The notes below the pieces were generated by a model that was not told the DNA's origin, did not search any database, and worked only from the letters and a program-made list of their open reading frames with translations. A stretch of DNA of 64,000 bases from positions 448,001 through 512,000 of the forward strand of contig CAVRQT010000002.1 in the NCBI GenBank assembly GCA_963723515.1, written 5' to 3'. Source of the DNA: Vulcanimicrobiota bacterium (GTDB lineage Bacteria; Vulcanimicrobiota; Vulcanimicrobiia; Vulcanimicrobiales; Vulcanimicrobiaceae). Positions 25,380 through 34,884 of the stretch are shown here, one piece after another (within the stretch, counting starts at the first letter, position 1; every line of letters begins with the position of its first letter). The position numbers and the translations under genes were made by a program.

Positions 25380-26223
25380 TGATCTGCTGAACGAGCAGAT
25401 CGTGCGCGCCGCCCTCCTTGAAGATATCGGCCGCGGCGGCGACGTCACCACCGATTCTATCGTCGGGGCAGAAGTCACAACGCGTGCGGCTATCGTCGCG
25501 CGGAAATCGGGTTTCGTCGCGGGCCAGGATGCATCACGCTCGACATTCGCGCTCTTAGACGGTCGAGTGCAGTACGAGATCCTCGCTCCGGACGGTGCCC
25601 AAATCGGCGCCGGCACCGCGATCGCACGGCTCAGTGGCCCGGCGCGCGCAATCCTCACCGGCGAACGCACGGCGCTCAACTTCTTAGGACATCTCTCAGG
25701 AATCGCAACGGCTGCGCATACGCTCGTCGAACGCGCCGGCGCTTATCGCGCGCAGATCGTTTGCACGCGCAAAACAACGCCGGGGTTGCGGGCCTTGGAA
25801 CGCGCCGCCGTTGTGGCGGGGGGCGCAAGCCTGCATCGCTACGGTCTGGACGACGCCGTTCTGGTCAAAGACAACCATCTGATGCTCTCGGGCGGCATCA
25901 CGCAAGCCGTTACCGCCGTGCGCCGAAGGATTGGGCACATGCTGAAGGTTGAAGTTGAAGCCGATACTCTTGAGCAACTGCATGAAGCACTCGAGCTGCC
26001 GATCGATGCAGTGCTGCTCGACAATATGACGATTGAAACGCTGCGAGAGGCGGTGTCGATCGTCAACGGGCGAGTGATCACCGAAGCCTCAGGCTCCGTG
26101 ACGCCGGAGAACGTGGCAGAAATTGCAAGTACGGGCGTCGATTTGATCTCGAGCGGCTGGATCACGCACAGCGCGCCGGCGCTCGACTTCGGCCTCGACA
26201 TCGATCCGAGAGGCGCCGGTTGA
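25372..26223 (+). CDS. nadC: Nicotinate-nucleotide diphosphorylase (carboxylating)
   Basis: GERTALN, TRKTTPGLR, KDNH and LLDNM. Confidence 0.95.
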   Translation: MPNDLLNEQIVRAALLEDIGRGGDVTTDSIVGAEVTTRAAIVARKSGFVAGQDASRSTFALLDGRVQYEILAPDGAQIGAGTAIARLSGPARAILTGERTALNFLGHLSGIATAAHTLVERAGAYRAQIVCTRKTTPGLRALERAAVVAGGASLHRYGLDDAVLVKDNHLMLSGGITQAVTAVRRRIGHMLKVEVEADTLEQLHEALELPIDAVLLDNMTIETLREAVSIVNGRVITEASGSVTPENVAEIASTGVDLISSGWITHSAPALDFGLDIDPRGAG

Positions 26224-27122
26224 TGCTCGAAGTCGACCACGTTCGAAAATCGTTCGGCGATGCGCTCGCGGTCGCCGACGTCGCCTTTTCGATCCCCAAA
26301 GGGACGACATTCGGTTTGCTCGGTCCAAACGGCGCGGGCAAGACGACGACGATGCGGATGATCTTGGGAATCCTTGCGCCTGATGGCGGTTCGTTGCGCT
26401 GGAACGGCGCATCGATCGACGGTTCAGCGCGGCGCCGCTTCGGCTACCTTCCGGAAGAGCGCGGGCTCTACGGAAAGATGAAGGTTAAAGATCAGATCGC
26501 ATATTTCGGACAGCTGCACGGCTTGCGGAAGGCAGACAGTTCACGGCGCGCGTCAGAGTGGATCGAGCAATTACAGCTCGGCGAATATGCGGATCGCCCC
26601 GCCGGCGAACTCTCGAAGGGCAATCAGCAGAAGGTTCAAGTCGCGTGCGCCGCGGTGCACGACCCGGAGCTGCTGGTTCTCGACGAACCGTTTTCAGGTC
26701 TCGATCCGGTCAACGCCGAGATGCTGTTTTCTATGTTGCAGACGCAGCAGTCGCGCGGTACGGCGCTCGTGCTTTCAAGCCATCAGATGTGGCAGCTCGA
26801 GGAACTGTGCAGCCGTTTCTGCATCATCGCCGATGGAAGGAATCGCGCCGCAGGAACTCTGAGCGAGTTGCGGGCGCAATTCCCAACGCGCGTCTTGCGC
26901 GTTTCGCCGCCGACGGACGCAGTAAGCAAGGTCCTCGATGCGTTGCCGGACACGCAACGCCTGGGCATGCAAGACGGCGCTGTTGATTACGAAGTGAAGG
27001 CGGATGCGCCCTTGCCGAGCATTCTGCGCGAGCTCGTGGCATCGGAATCCATCACCCGCTTTGAAGCGATCGAGCCATCGTTGCAAGATGTCTACCTGCG
27101 AGCGATCGGAGATATGGCATGA
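26223..27122 (+). CDS. ABC-2 type transporter ATP-binding protein (NatA/YhaQ-like)
   Basis: GPNGAGKT, LSKGNQQK and LDEPFSGLD. Confidence 0.9.
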   Translation: MLEVDHVRKSFGDALAVADVAFSIPKGTTFGLLGPNGAGKTTTMRMILGILAPDGGSLRWNGASIDGSARRRFGYLPEERGLYGKMKVKDQIAYFGQLHGLRKADSSRRASEWIEQLQLGEYADRPAGELSKGNQQKVQVACAAVHDPELLVLDEPFSGLDPVNAEMLFSMLQTQQSRGTALVLSSHQMWQLEELCSRFCIIADGRNRAAGTLSELRAQFPTRVLRVSPPTDAVSKVLDALPDTQRLGMQDGAVDYEVKADAPLPSILRELVASESITRFEAIEPSLQDVYLRAIGDMA

Positions 27123-28318
27123 ACGAATTCCGAACCGTCGTCGCCGCGGAGATCATGCGCCGGATCCGCTCCCGCGCCTTCAAGGTAGGGCTTGTGCTCG
27201 GCATCGTCGCGGTCGCGCTCGCGATCAAAGCGCCCCAACTCGTGGGCGACGCGATGAACCGCGCCAGCCGCTCGATCGTCGTGGCCGGAGATCCATCGAT
27301 CGTCGATCGGGCCGCCAAATTGCTTTCCAAAGATTTCGCGATTGAAGGCGTCACCAATGTTACGGGATCGCAGAGCGCTCGGATGCTGGATGCGCACCGC
27401 AATGCGGGCGCGCTGGTGGTCGTTGCGCGTAGCGGACGGGGCGTGAGCGTCTCGGTGTACGCGCGGGACTTGAGCTTCGTCAAGACAGCCACGATCAGAG
27501 AGGACTTGATGCCGCTCAACTTGGCGCTGGCGACGTCCGCTTCGCAAACTGCCATCGACCGCTACATGAACGTGCCGATCACGCTCCACAGCATCAACTC
27601 GAAGTTCGCGAGCTCCGGCGCCGCCGATGCCGCAAAAGCGCTCGCTTATGGCCTGCTCTTCTTCCTTTATGTATCGATCTTACTCAACAGCCAGTTGATC
27701 ATGACGTCCGTCGCTGAAGAGAAGACAAGCCGCATCGCGGAGCTGCTGGTGGCATCCGTTCATCCCTCCGCGCTATTGGCGGGAAAGATTGCGGCGGCTG
27801 CTGTCTTGGCGGTCATTCAAATGGCCTCGTGGCTTGTCGTCGCATACCTCGTCAGCGGTATCGGGGGCGACGGCTCCGGATTTGCGTCGATCCTGCGAGT
27901 CGTGACGCCACTTGAAGCACTCGCATTTGCGGTGTACTTCATCCTTGGCTATTTGCAACTCTCGACGCTCTTTGCGGCAGCCGCTTCACTCGTCAATCGC
28001 ACCGAAGACTTGGGCAGTCTTTCCGGACCGCTCGTCATGCCGGTCGTTTTCGCGTTGTTCGTCGCCATCTATGCGTTAGGGTTTCCAAACGCACCGCTGG
28101 TCACAGTTACAAGCTTCATTCCGATCGTCGCGCCCTTTACGATGTTTGCCCGGATCGGCGTAAGTAACGTGCCCGCGTGGCAAATCGCGCTTTCTGTCGC
28201 AATCAATATTGCCGCCGTCTGGGCGTTCGCTGTTCTCGCCGGAAGAGTGTACCGCGTCGGCATGCTGCTCTATGGCCGGCCGCCCAAGTTATCGCAACTC
28301 TGGGCGACGCTGAGATGA
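27119..28318 (+). CDS. ABC-2 type transporter permease (NatB/YhaP-like)
   Basis: EEKTSRIAELL motif, multiple TMs and ATGA overlap with the ATPase. Confidence 0.88.
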   Translation: MNEFRTVVAAEIMRRIRSRAFKVGLVLGIVAVALAIKAPQLVGDAMNRASRSIVVAGDPSIVDRAAKLLSKDFAIEGVTNVTGSQSARMLDAHRNAGALVVVARSGRGVSVSVYARDLSFVKTATIREDLMPLNLALATSASQTAIDRYMNVPITLHSINSKFASSGAADAAKALAYGLLFFLYVSILLNSQLIMTSVAEEKTSRIAELLVASVHPSALLAGKIAAAAVLAVIQMASWLVVAYLVSGIGGDGSGFASILRVVTPLEALAFAVYFILGYLQLSTLFAAAASLVNRTEDLGSLSGPLVMPVVFALFVAIYALGFPNAPLVTVTSFIPIVAPFTMFARIGVSNVPAWQIALSVAINIAAVWAFAVLAGRVYRVGMLLYGRPPKLSQLWATLR

Positions 28319-28352
28319 GCCGCAAGTAATATAAAGGCGACGCTACAATACC

Positions 28353-28462
28353 TGTCACGCTGAGTTTATCGAAGCGCCACGATTACGGTTGCCCTCGATC
28401 CTTCGACACTTCGATAAGCTCAGTGCAGGCTGCCGCTCAGGACAACTGAGCTCAGCGTGACA
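28353..28462. repeat. REP-type palindromic element cluster with nested units
   Basis: Perfect 12-bp terminal inverted repeat TGTCACGCTGAG / CTCAGCGTGACA enclosing CTTCGA...GCTCAG units. Related copies at 31118 and 57352. Confidence 0.75.
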
Positions 28463-28468
28463 CAGATG

Positions 28469-28489
28469 AAGCGCAGCGACCGCTGCCTT
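28469..28489 (-). promoter_or_regulatory. Candidate bacterial SECIS hairpin
   Basis: Minus-strand AAG-GCAGC-GGUC-GCUGC-G-CUU begins 11 nt after the in-frame UGA, with GU in the apical loop. Confidence 0.6.
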
Positions 28490-28749
28490 TAGTGGACCGT
28501 TCAGCCTTGTGGCGGATTCCCCCAACCCGATTGAATGTACTTGCCGTCGACGACGATCGCCGGCACCGTCGGGTCGTCGCCGGTATATGAAAACATCTTT
28601 CGGCGCTCAGCCGGATCGTTCTGCGCATCGTGCACGACGTATCGTGTGCCCGCTGCATCGTAGTGTGCCATCGCGGCTTTACAATATGGACAAGCCGGAC
28701 TGATGTAGAGCTCTAGGGTGCTTCCGGCGGGAATCCGTTCAACGTCCAT
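28489..28749 (-). CDS. Glutaredoxin-like protein (CPYC), probable C-terminal selenocysteine (UXX-star-like); ends at 28501 if TGA is a true stop
   Basis: CPYC active site, TVP cis-Pro motif, then GWGNPPQG-TGA-ACG-GTC-CAC-TAA with a SECIS-like hairpin. Confidence 0.8.
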
Positions 28750-28763
28750 TGGTAATACCGATC

Positions 28764-29597
28764 ATGCCGCTCACCTTCGTACCCACTCCGCTTGGGAATC
28801 TACGCGACATCACGCTGCGGGCACTTGACACCTTGCGCGATTGCGACCTGCTCGTCGCCGAAGATACCCGCGTGGCGCGCAGGCTCCTTTCCGCTTTGAA
28901 GCTGCCCGCGAAGCCGCTGCGCAGCTATCGCGAACAGAACGCCGCGAGGGTGACGGAGAAGATCATCGACGCCGCGCACACGCAGCACGTTGCGGTCGTC
29001 TCAGACGCCGGAATGCCGGCAATTTCGGATCCCGGGGCCGCGTTGATCGCCGCTGCGCGTCGCGACGGAATCGCGATCGAGGTGTTGCCCGGGCCGAGCG
29101 CGGTGCTCAGCGCCGCCGTGCTGAGCGGTTTCGATGTGCGCGAGTTTGCATTCAGCGGATTTCTCCCACGCAAGAGCGGCGCTCGCCGAGCGGCCTTCGA
29201 GGCGCTTGCAAAAAACGGCGGTGTTACGACGGTGTGGTTTGAATCACCGCAACGAATCCGCGCAGCGCTGCGCGATCTTGATGCAGTCGATCCGAAACGG
29301 CGGTGCTTCGTTTTGCGCGAATACACGAAGATGCACGAACAGCAAATCGCCGGCACTTCGAGCGAGGTAGCCACGGCGCTTCCGGAACCCGTGCGTGGCG
29401 AGATTGCCCTCGTCGTTGAAGGCGGCGCAGCGAAGCAACCGCCCCCGATGGACTTCGAGCGCGCCGCGGATGCGCTTTTTGCGAAACGTGCGAGCGTCGC
29501 GGCGATTGCAAAGGCGTTGGCGCAGCGCGGATATGGCCCGCGGAGCGAAGTCTATAACCGCCTTCTGCAACGCAAAGAACGCGAGAGACAAAGGTGA
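28764..29597 (+). CDS. rsmI: 16S rRNA (cytidine1402-2'-O)-methyltransferase
   Basis: PTPLGNLRDITLRA, AEDTR, SDAGMPAISDPG and RE.TK.HE. Confidence 0.93.
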   Translation: MPLTFVPTPLGNLRDITLRALDTLRDCDLLVAEDTRVARRLLSALKLPAKPLRSYREQNAARVTEKIIDAAHTQHVAVVSDAGMPAISDPGAALIAAARRDGIAIEVLPGPSAVLSAAVLSGFDVREFAFSGFLPRKSGARRAAFEALAKNGGVTTVWFESPQRIRAALRDLDAVDPKRRCFVLREYTKMHEQQIAGTSSEVATALPEPVRGEIALVVEGGAAKQPPPMDFERAADALFAKRASVAAIAKALAQRGYGPRSEVYNRLLQRKERERQR

Positions 29598-31123
29598 CGC
29601 GCGCCTACTATGTGACGACGCCGATCTACTACATCAACGGTAGTCCCCACATCGGCCACGCCTACACGACGATCGTTGCGGACGTGCTTGCACGTACGGC
29701 GCGAACTCGCGGTGACGCGTTCTTCTTAACCGGCACCGACGAGCACGGCCAAAAGGTCGCGGAAGCGGCTGCGGCGGCGGGAATGTCGCCGCAGGAGTGG
29801 TGCGACCGGCTGATTCCAAAGTGGCAGAACCTCTTCGCGCGCTTCGACATTTCATATGACGACTTCATACGGACCACGCAGCTGCGTCATGAACTCGTCG
29901 TACAGCGCGTCTTCGAACGGCTGCGCGAAACGGACGACGTCTACCTCGGCAAATACGAAGGCTGGTATTGCTCGAACGACGAGACGTTCTGGCTGGAATC
30001 GAAACTCATCAATGGACGGTGTCCCAATCCGGAATGCGGTCGTGAAGTGCAATGGCTCTCCGAAGACGATTGGTTCTTCCGGCTTTCAAAGTATCGGAAT
30101 CGGCTGCTGCAGCATTTTTTGGAGCATCCCGACTGGGTGCGTCCGCGTTCCGCCTACAACGAGATGCTCGCCATGCTGCAAGAAGGCCTCGAAGACTTCA
30201 GCATTTCGCGCAGCACCTTTGACTGGGGCGTGCCGATCCCAGGCTACGGCGGTGTGATCTACGTTTGGTTCGACGCGCTGTTGAACTACATTTCGGCGAT
30301 CGATTGGTCGCGCGACGAGGCGCGCTTCCACAAATATTGGCCGGCATCGGTGCAATTGATCGGCAAAGAAATCATGCGCTTTCACACGCTTGTATGGCCG
30401 GCCGTTCTTTGGGCGCTGGGCGAACAAGCACCGCAACTCGTCTTCGCGCATGGCTGGATCACGCTCGATGGACAGAAGATCGGCAAGAGCCTCGGCAACG
30501 CGATCGACCCGTTCGTCTTGATCGATCGTTTCGGATCGGACGGCGTGCGGTATTTCTTGCTGCGCGAAGGACACTTCGGAAGCGATTTTTCCTACTCCGA
30601 AGCGAAGATCGCGCAACGGTACAACGACGAGCTCGCGAACGACCTCGGCAATCTTTTTCGCCGAACGCTCTCGATGCTCGAACGCTATCGCGATTCACTC
30701 GTTCCGCAACCGGGCGAATCGGTTTTTCCGGAACGCTTTACCGAATTGCCGTCGCGCGTGCAAGCGCTGATCTTCGACTTGCGTTTTCGCGATGCGCTTG
30801 AAGCGATCTGGGAGCTCGTAACGGCGCTTAACCGCGAGATCGACGACCGAAAACCTTGGGATCTGTACAAAGCCGGGAACGCGCGTGCGCTCGATGCGCT
30901 GCTCTACGATCTCTGCGAAGGCCTGCGGTGGCTCGCCGTCATGCTGGCGCCCTTCTTGCCTGAACGCACCACGTTGATGTGGCGACAACTCGGTCTCGAG
31001 AGCGGCTTGCACGATGATTGGCGGGAGGCCCTCGTGTGGGGCGGACTCGGCGCCGGAACGCAGACGTCGCTCGGTGACGCGCTCTTTCCGCGCTTAGAAA
31101 TTCCCGCCGCGGGCTTGCCCTGA
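29594..31123 (+). CDS. metG: Methionine--tRNA ligase (short form)
   Basis: TTPIYYINGSPHIGH, GTDEHG and YVWFDAL. KIGKS stands in place of KMSKS. Confidence 0.95.
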   Translation: MTRAYYVTTPIYYINGSPHIGHAYTTIVADVLARTARTRGDAFFLTGTDEHGQKVAEAAAAAGMSPQEWCDRLIPKWQNLFARFDISYDDFIRTTQLRHELVVQRVFERLRETDDVYLGKYEGWYCSNDETFWLESKLINGRCPNPECGREVQWLSEDDWFFRLSKYRNRLLQHFLEHPDWVRPRSAYNEMLAMLQEGLEDFSISRSTFDWGVPIPGYGGVIYVWFDALLNYISAIDWSRDEARFHKYWPASVQLIGKEIMRFHTLVWPAVLWALGEQAPQLVFAHGWITLDGQKIGKSLGNAIDPFVLIDRFGSDGVRYFLLREGHFGSDFSYSEAKIAQRYNDELANDLGNLFRRTLSMLERYRDSLVPQPGESVFPERFTELPSRVQALIFDLRFRDALEAIWELVTALNREIDDRKPWDLYKAGNARALDALLYDLCEGLRWLAVMLAPFLPERTTLMWRQLGLESGLHDDWREALVWGGLGAGTQTSLGDALFPRLEIPAAGLP

Positions 31124-31136
31124 GCCTGTCGAAGGG
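31113..31136 (+). repeat. Single REP unit at the metG/tatD junction
   Basis: GCTTGCCCTGAGCCTGTCGAAGGG; its 19-nt core is identical to the copy at 57352-57375. Confidence 0.7.
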
Positions 31137-31933
31137 TGATCGACACGCACGCGCACGTGCACGACCGCGCATTCGATCGCGATCGCGGCGCTGTGGTCGA
31201 GCGCGCGAACCAAGCGGGCATAGCGGAGATCGTTACGGTCGGCTGCGACCTCGAGGATTCCCAACGCGCGATTGCATGCGCAGAGGAGTTCGGACTTTGG
31301 GCCACGGCCGGCATCCATCCGCACGAAGCGAAGGATGCGCCGCGCGATATTGAAGCCGCGTTCGCGCCGCTGCTGGAGCACCCGCGCGTGATCGCGATCG
31401 GAGAAACCGGCTTAGATTACTACTATGACCATAGCGCGCGAGATATTCAGCAGGGTTGTCTGCGCAACCAATTGCGTATCGCGCGGGATTGCCGCATGCC
31501 GGTCATCTTTCATCACCGCGACGCGTTTGATGATTTCGTGCGCATTCTCGAAGAGGAATGGCGCGATCAGATGTGCGGCGTCGTGCATTGCTTCACGGGC
31601 GATACGCAGCAAGCGCGAGGCTACGTCGACCGCTTCAGCTTAAAAATCGGCGTCGGCGGTATTATCACGTTTCGCAATGCCCAGCCGATTCGCGATGCGA
31701 TCGCCGCGGTCGGGTTGAGCGCCTGTGTCTTGGAGACGGACTGTCCTTACTTAGCCCCCGTGCCGCATCGTGGGAAGCGAAATGAACCCGCATTCGTCAG
31801 CGATACGGCTCGCGCACTAGCCGAAATCGTCGGAAAACCGCTGCCGGAAGTGCTGGAAATGACCGACCAGAATGCGCGCACGCTCTTCGGCATGCCGCTA
31901 GCCGGCGAACCGCTTCGCGTGCCGCCAGGTTGA
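31136..31933 (+). CDS. tatD: TatD family deoxyribonuclease
   Basis: IDTHAH, GIHPH, IGETGLDY, HCFTG and ETDCPYLAP. Confidence 0.93.
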   Translation: MIDTHAHVHDRAFDRDRGAVVERANQAGIAEIVTVGCDLEDSQRAIACAEEFGLWATAGIHPHEAKDAPRDIEAAFAPLLEHPRVIAIGETGLDYYYDHSARDIQQGCLRNQLRIARDCRMPVIFHHRDAFDDFVRILEEEWRDQMCGVVHCFTGDTQQARGYVDRFSLKIGVGGIITFRNAQPIRDAIAAVGLSACVLETDCPYLAPVPHRGKRNEPAFVSDTARALAEIVGKPLPEVLEMTDQNARTLFGMPLAGEPLRVPPG

Positions 31934-32751
31934 ATCGAAGCGCGCCTGCAGTTCTTTGCAGACGTGCGCATCTTTGATTTGCATGCCCCAATCGATTTGA
32001 TTCTGCGCGCCGTAGGTTGCGTTCGCCGAACCGATCCATGCCCGCGTTCCTGCGACGGCGAACTTCTCGCTTGCATCCGTCACGCGAACCGCTACGCCGC
32101 TTCGCGCTAACGCGCGAGCGGCCACGAACGAGGCCTCCTTGAGATCATTTTCGCAGATCAGCAGCTTAACGTGCACTCCGCTGCGCGCTAAGGCTTTCAA
32201 TTCTCCGTAAGGCGGCGAGCCGGCGGTGAACGATTCGCTTTGCATGCAGACGCTGCGTCCCGCTCGAACGTCGGCTGCCAGCACGCCGGCTTCTTGAAAG
32301 AGCGCGGCTCCCTTTGTCACCGCGACGGCGCCCGCACTATAGGTCTTTCCATGCATCGCATCATGCAGGACCTGAACGTCGTTGGCATCGCTATCAGCAA
32401 CCACGACGTTGCGGCGATCTGCCGGCCAATTGCGATCGTCCAAGAAGGCGACGCCGTCTACGATCGCCGCCTTCATATGATGGGCGGCGAGCCTGAACGG
32501 TCGGCCAACTTGGCGCAGACGCCGGCGGCGCGGAGTTCTGCAACAGTATCGTGATTGATCTGAGCGAGCTTGCCGCCCGTATCAGCATAAGGATGCGCCT
32601 CCAACTGCACGCTCACTCGTGATCCATGCTGCGCCGCAAACTCCAACGTTCGAAGCATGCGCTTGGAACGCAATACGTAAGCGCACATTTCGATGTCATG
32701 TGCCGAGCGCATCCGGTCCGTGACCTGCGCCGTCGTCGTGAACGAAATCAC
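31898..32751 (-). CDS. Phospholipase D-like (HKD) domain protein; apparent frameshift near 32478
   Basis: Restoring one base gives H-M-K-AAIV-D (HxKxxxxD). The second repeat SEKFAVAGTRAWIGSAN is degenerate. Confidence 0.65.
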
Positions 32752-32836
32752 GCACGTCGCTCACGACAAAAGTAGCGCATCGCAAGTGCGGAAGGGTACC
32801 TTCGCTAGCCTCGGAAAGCACAGCGCGGACCACAAT

Positions 32837-33564
32837 ATGACCTCAACGCACGATCGCACGCAAACCGCCTCCAAAAGCGCTTACGTTAAGGAGATGTTCG
32901 CGTCGATCCACCGCGCTACGATCTCGCGAACCGCGTGCTGACCGCCGGTTTTGACGAACTCTGGCGCAGTCGCGCGATCGATCACCTCGGCTTGCAGCAC
33001 CGCGATGCAATCCTCGATCTGTGCTGTGGCACCGGAGACATCTGCTTTCATTTGATCCGCCGCGACCCAACGCTGCAGATCGTGGGCGTCGATTTTTGCG
33101 CGCCGATGCTGGAGCGTGCCAGAGAGCGGGCACAGCGCGGAGCGCGACATGCGAGCGTGAAATTCGCGGAAGCAGATGTAATGGCGCTGCCCTTTGACGA
33201 CGGAACCTTCGATGGTGCGACGATGGGCTTCTCGTTGCGCAACGTCGTCGATATCGACGCGACCTTGCGTGAAATCAGACGGGTGCTAAAGTCTGGCGCG
33301 CGATTCGTTAATCTGGATGTCTCGAAGGCGCCGAATAGACTCTTCAAGCGCGCCTTCGACGTCTACTTTTACGGCATCGTGCCGATCGTCGGCGGGATCG
33401 TCGGCGGCTCGCGCACCGCATATCGCTATCTGCCTGCATCGCTGACGCATCATCCCGATGCCGCTGCGCTTGCAGAACGCTTCAGTGCCGCTGGGTTCGT
33501 CGAGTGCGGTTACAAACGGCTTTGCGGCGGAACGATCGCCATTCATTTCGGAGCCGCGCCGTGA
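32837..33564 (+). CDS. menG: Demethylmenaquinone methyltransferase (UbiE/MenG); apparent frameshift near 32908
   Basis: KSAYVKEMFASI/RYDLANRVLT, LDLCCGTGD, FSLRNV and AYRYLPAS. Confidence 0.88.
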
Positions 33565-34520
33565 TCGAATCCACCGCGACATTCGATCACCAAAGCGCAG
33601 TTGAGGAGTTCGTCCGCTCGCATTTCGTCGCCGATAATCCGATCGTCACGGAAGCCGTGCGGCGTATGATCGCTGCCGGCGGCAAGCGCATCCGTCCGCG
33701 CTTAACGCTCTTAGCAACGCAAGCCGCAGGCGCAGATCCGGCCGAGCATCTCGAGCTAGCAGCCTATATGGAGCTGATTCACGTCGCCACGCTGATTCAC
33801 GATGACGTCGTCGACCGCGCAGATACGCGCCGCGGCGTCAATGCGACGGCGGTTGACTACGGGAATCGCATCAGCGTGCTGGCCGGCGACTATCTCTTTG
33901 CATGGATCTTCCGCAACGTTACCGCGCACTATATCGCGCCGATTCCGCATATACTCTCGGCCACGCTCGCTGAAATCTGCGCCGGTGAGGTGCTGCAATT
34001 GCGCGCCCTGGGCAACACCGCGCTGGGATTAAACGCCTACCTTGACATCATCGAAAAGAAAACCGCTTCACTGTTCGCGGCGGCGGCGGAATGCGGCGCG
34101 ATCGCCGCGGGCGCGCCCCCGCAAGAGCGAAAGGCCCTGCGTGAATTCGGACGTGATTACGGCATCGCTTTTCAGATCAAGGACGATCTGCTCGATGTAA
34201 CCTCGGATGCAGAGCAGTTGGGCAAGCCCGCCGGCAACGACCTTCGCGAGCACAAGGTGACGATTCCATTAATTTTCGCGCTGCGCAGCGGTGATAGTGA
34301 ATTTCGGCGTGCCGTCGAACGTTTCTTTACGCAAGGCGACGATGCGCAACTCGAACGCATCGTCAACGGCGTAACGTCCGCCGGAGCGGTTGAAGCGACG
34401 CGCGAGCAAATCGAACACTATGCCAAGCGAGCGAGCCGTGCGCTCGATGCGATTGAGGACGGTCGCGCGCGAGCATCGTTGATCGAAATGGCAGACGCTC
34501 TCGTGACGGAGCGCTATTAG
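33561..34520 (+). CDS. Polyprenyl diphosphate synthase (HepT/IspB-like)
   Basis: GGKRIRP, HDDVVD (FARM) and FQIKDDLLD (SARM). Confidence 0.92.
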   Translation: MIESTATFDHQSAVEEFVRSHFVADNPIVTEAVRRMIAAGGKRIRPRLTLLATQAAGADPAEHLELAAYMELIHVATLIHDDVVDRADTRRGVNATAVDYGNRISVLAGDYLFAWIFRNVTAHYIAPIPHILSATLAEICAGEVLQLRALGNTALGLNAYLDIIEKKTASLFAAAAECGAIAAGAPPQERKALREFGRDYGIAFQIKDDLLDVTSDAEQLGKPAGNDLREHKVTIPLIFALRSGDSEFRRAVERFFTQGDDAQLERIVNGVTSAGAVEATREQIEHYAKRASRALDAIEDGRARASLIEMADALVTERY

Positions 34521-34566
34521 CGGCGAAGCGCAAGGCGCGAAGCCTTTAAGGTAGGAAAAAGTAAAG

Positions 34567-34869
34567 ATGCAGTTCACACTTTTGTTCGGCTGGGCGAGCC
34601 CGGAGATCATCGGCATCATCGTCGTCGGCGCGCTCTTGCTTTTCGGCGCTGAGAAGCTCCCGAAGCTCGCGCGCAGCGCCGGCCAAGCGAAAAAAGAGTT
34701 TCTCGTCGGTCAAGCCGAGGCTGATGAAGCCGCGACGCGAGCGCGCGAAGAGGCGCGGCTGCGCGCAGAGACCGCGCACCGCGATCAGATGGAAGATCTG
34801 CCGCAAAACACAGGCATCGGACAGCAAATCCCACCGCCGACTCCCGGCGGAGGCACGCAAAGCGGCTAA
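34567..34869 (+). CDS. tatA: Twin-arginine translocase TatA/E
   Basis: TM helix followed by LFGAEKLPKLARSAGQAKKEF. Confidence 0.9.
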   Translation: MQFTLLFGWASPEIIGIIVVGALLLFGAEKLPKLARSAGQAKKEFLVGQAEADEAATRAREEARLRAETAHRDQMEDLPQNTGIGQQIPPPTPGGGTQSG

Positions 34870-34884
34870 CAGCGCGGCGCGCGA

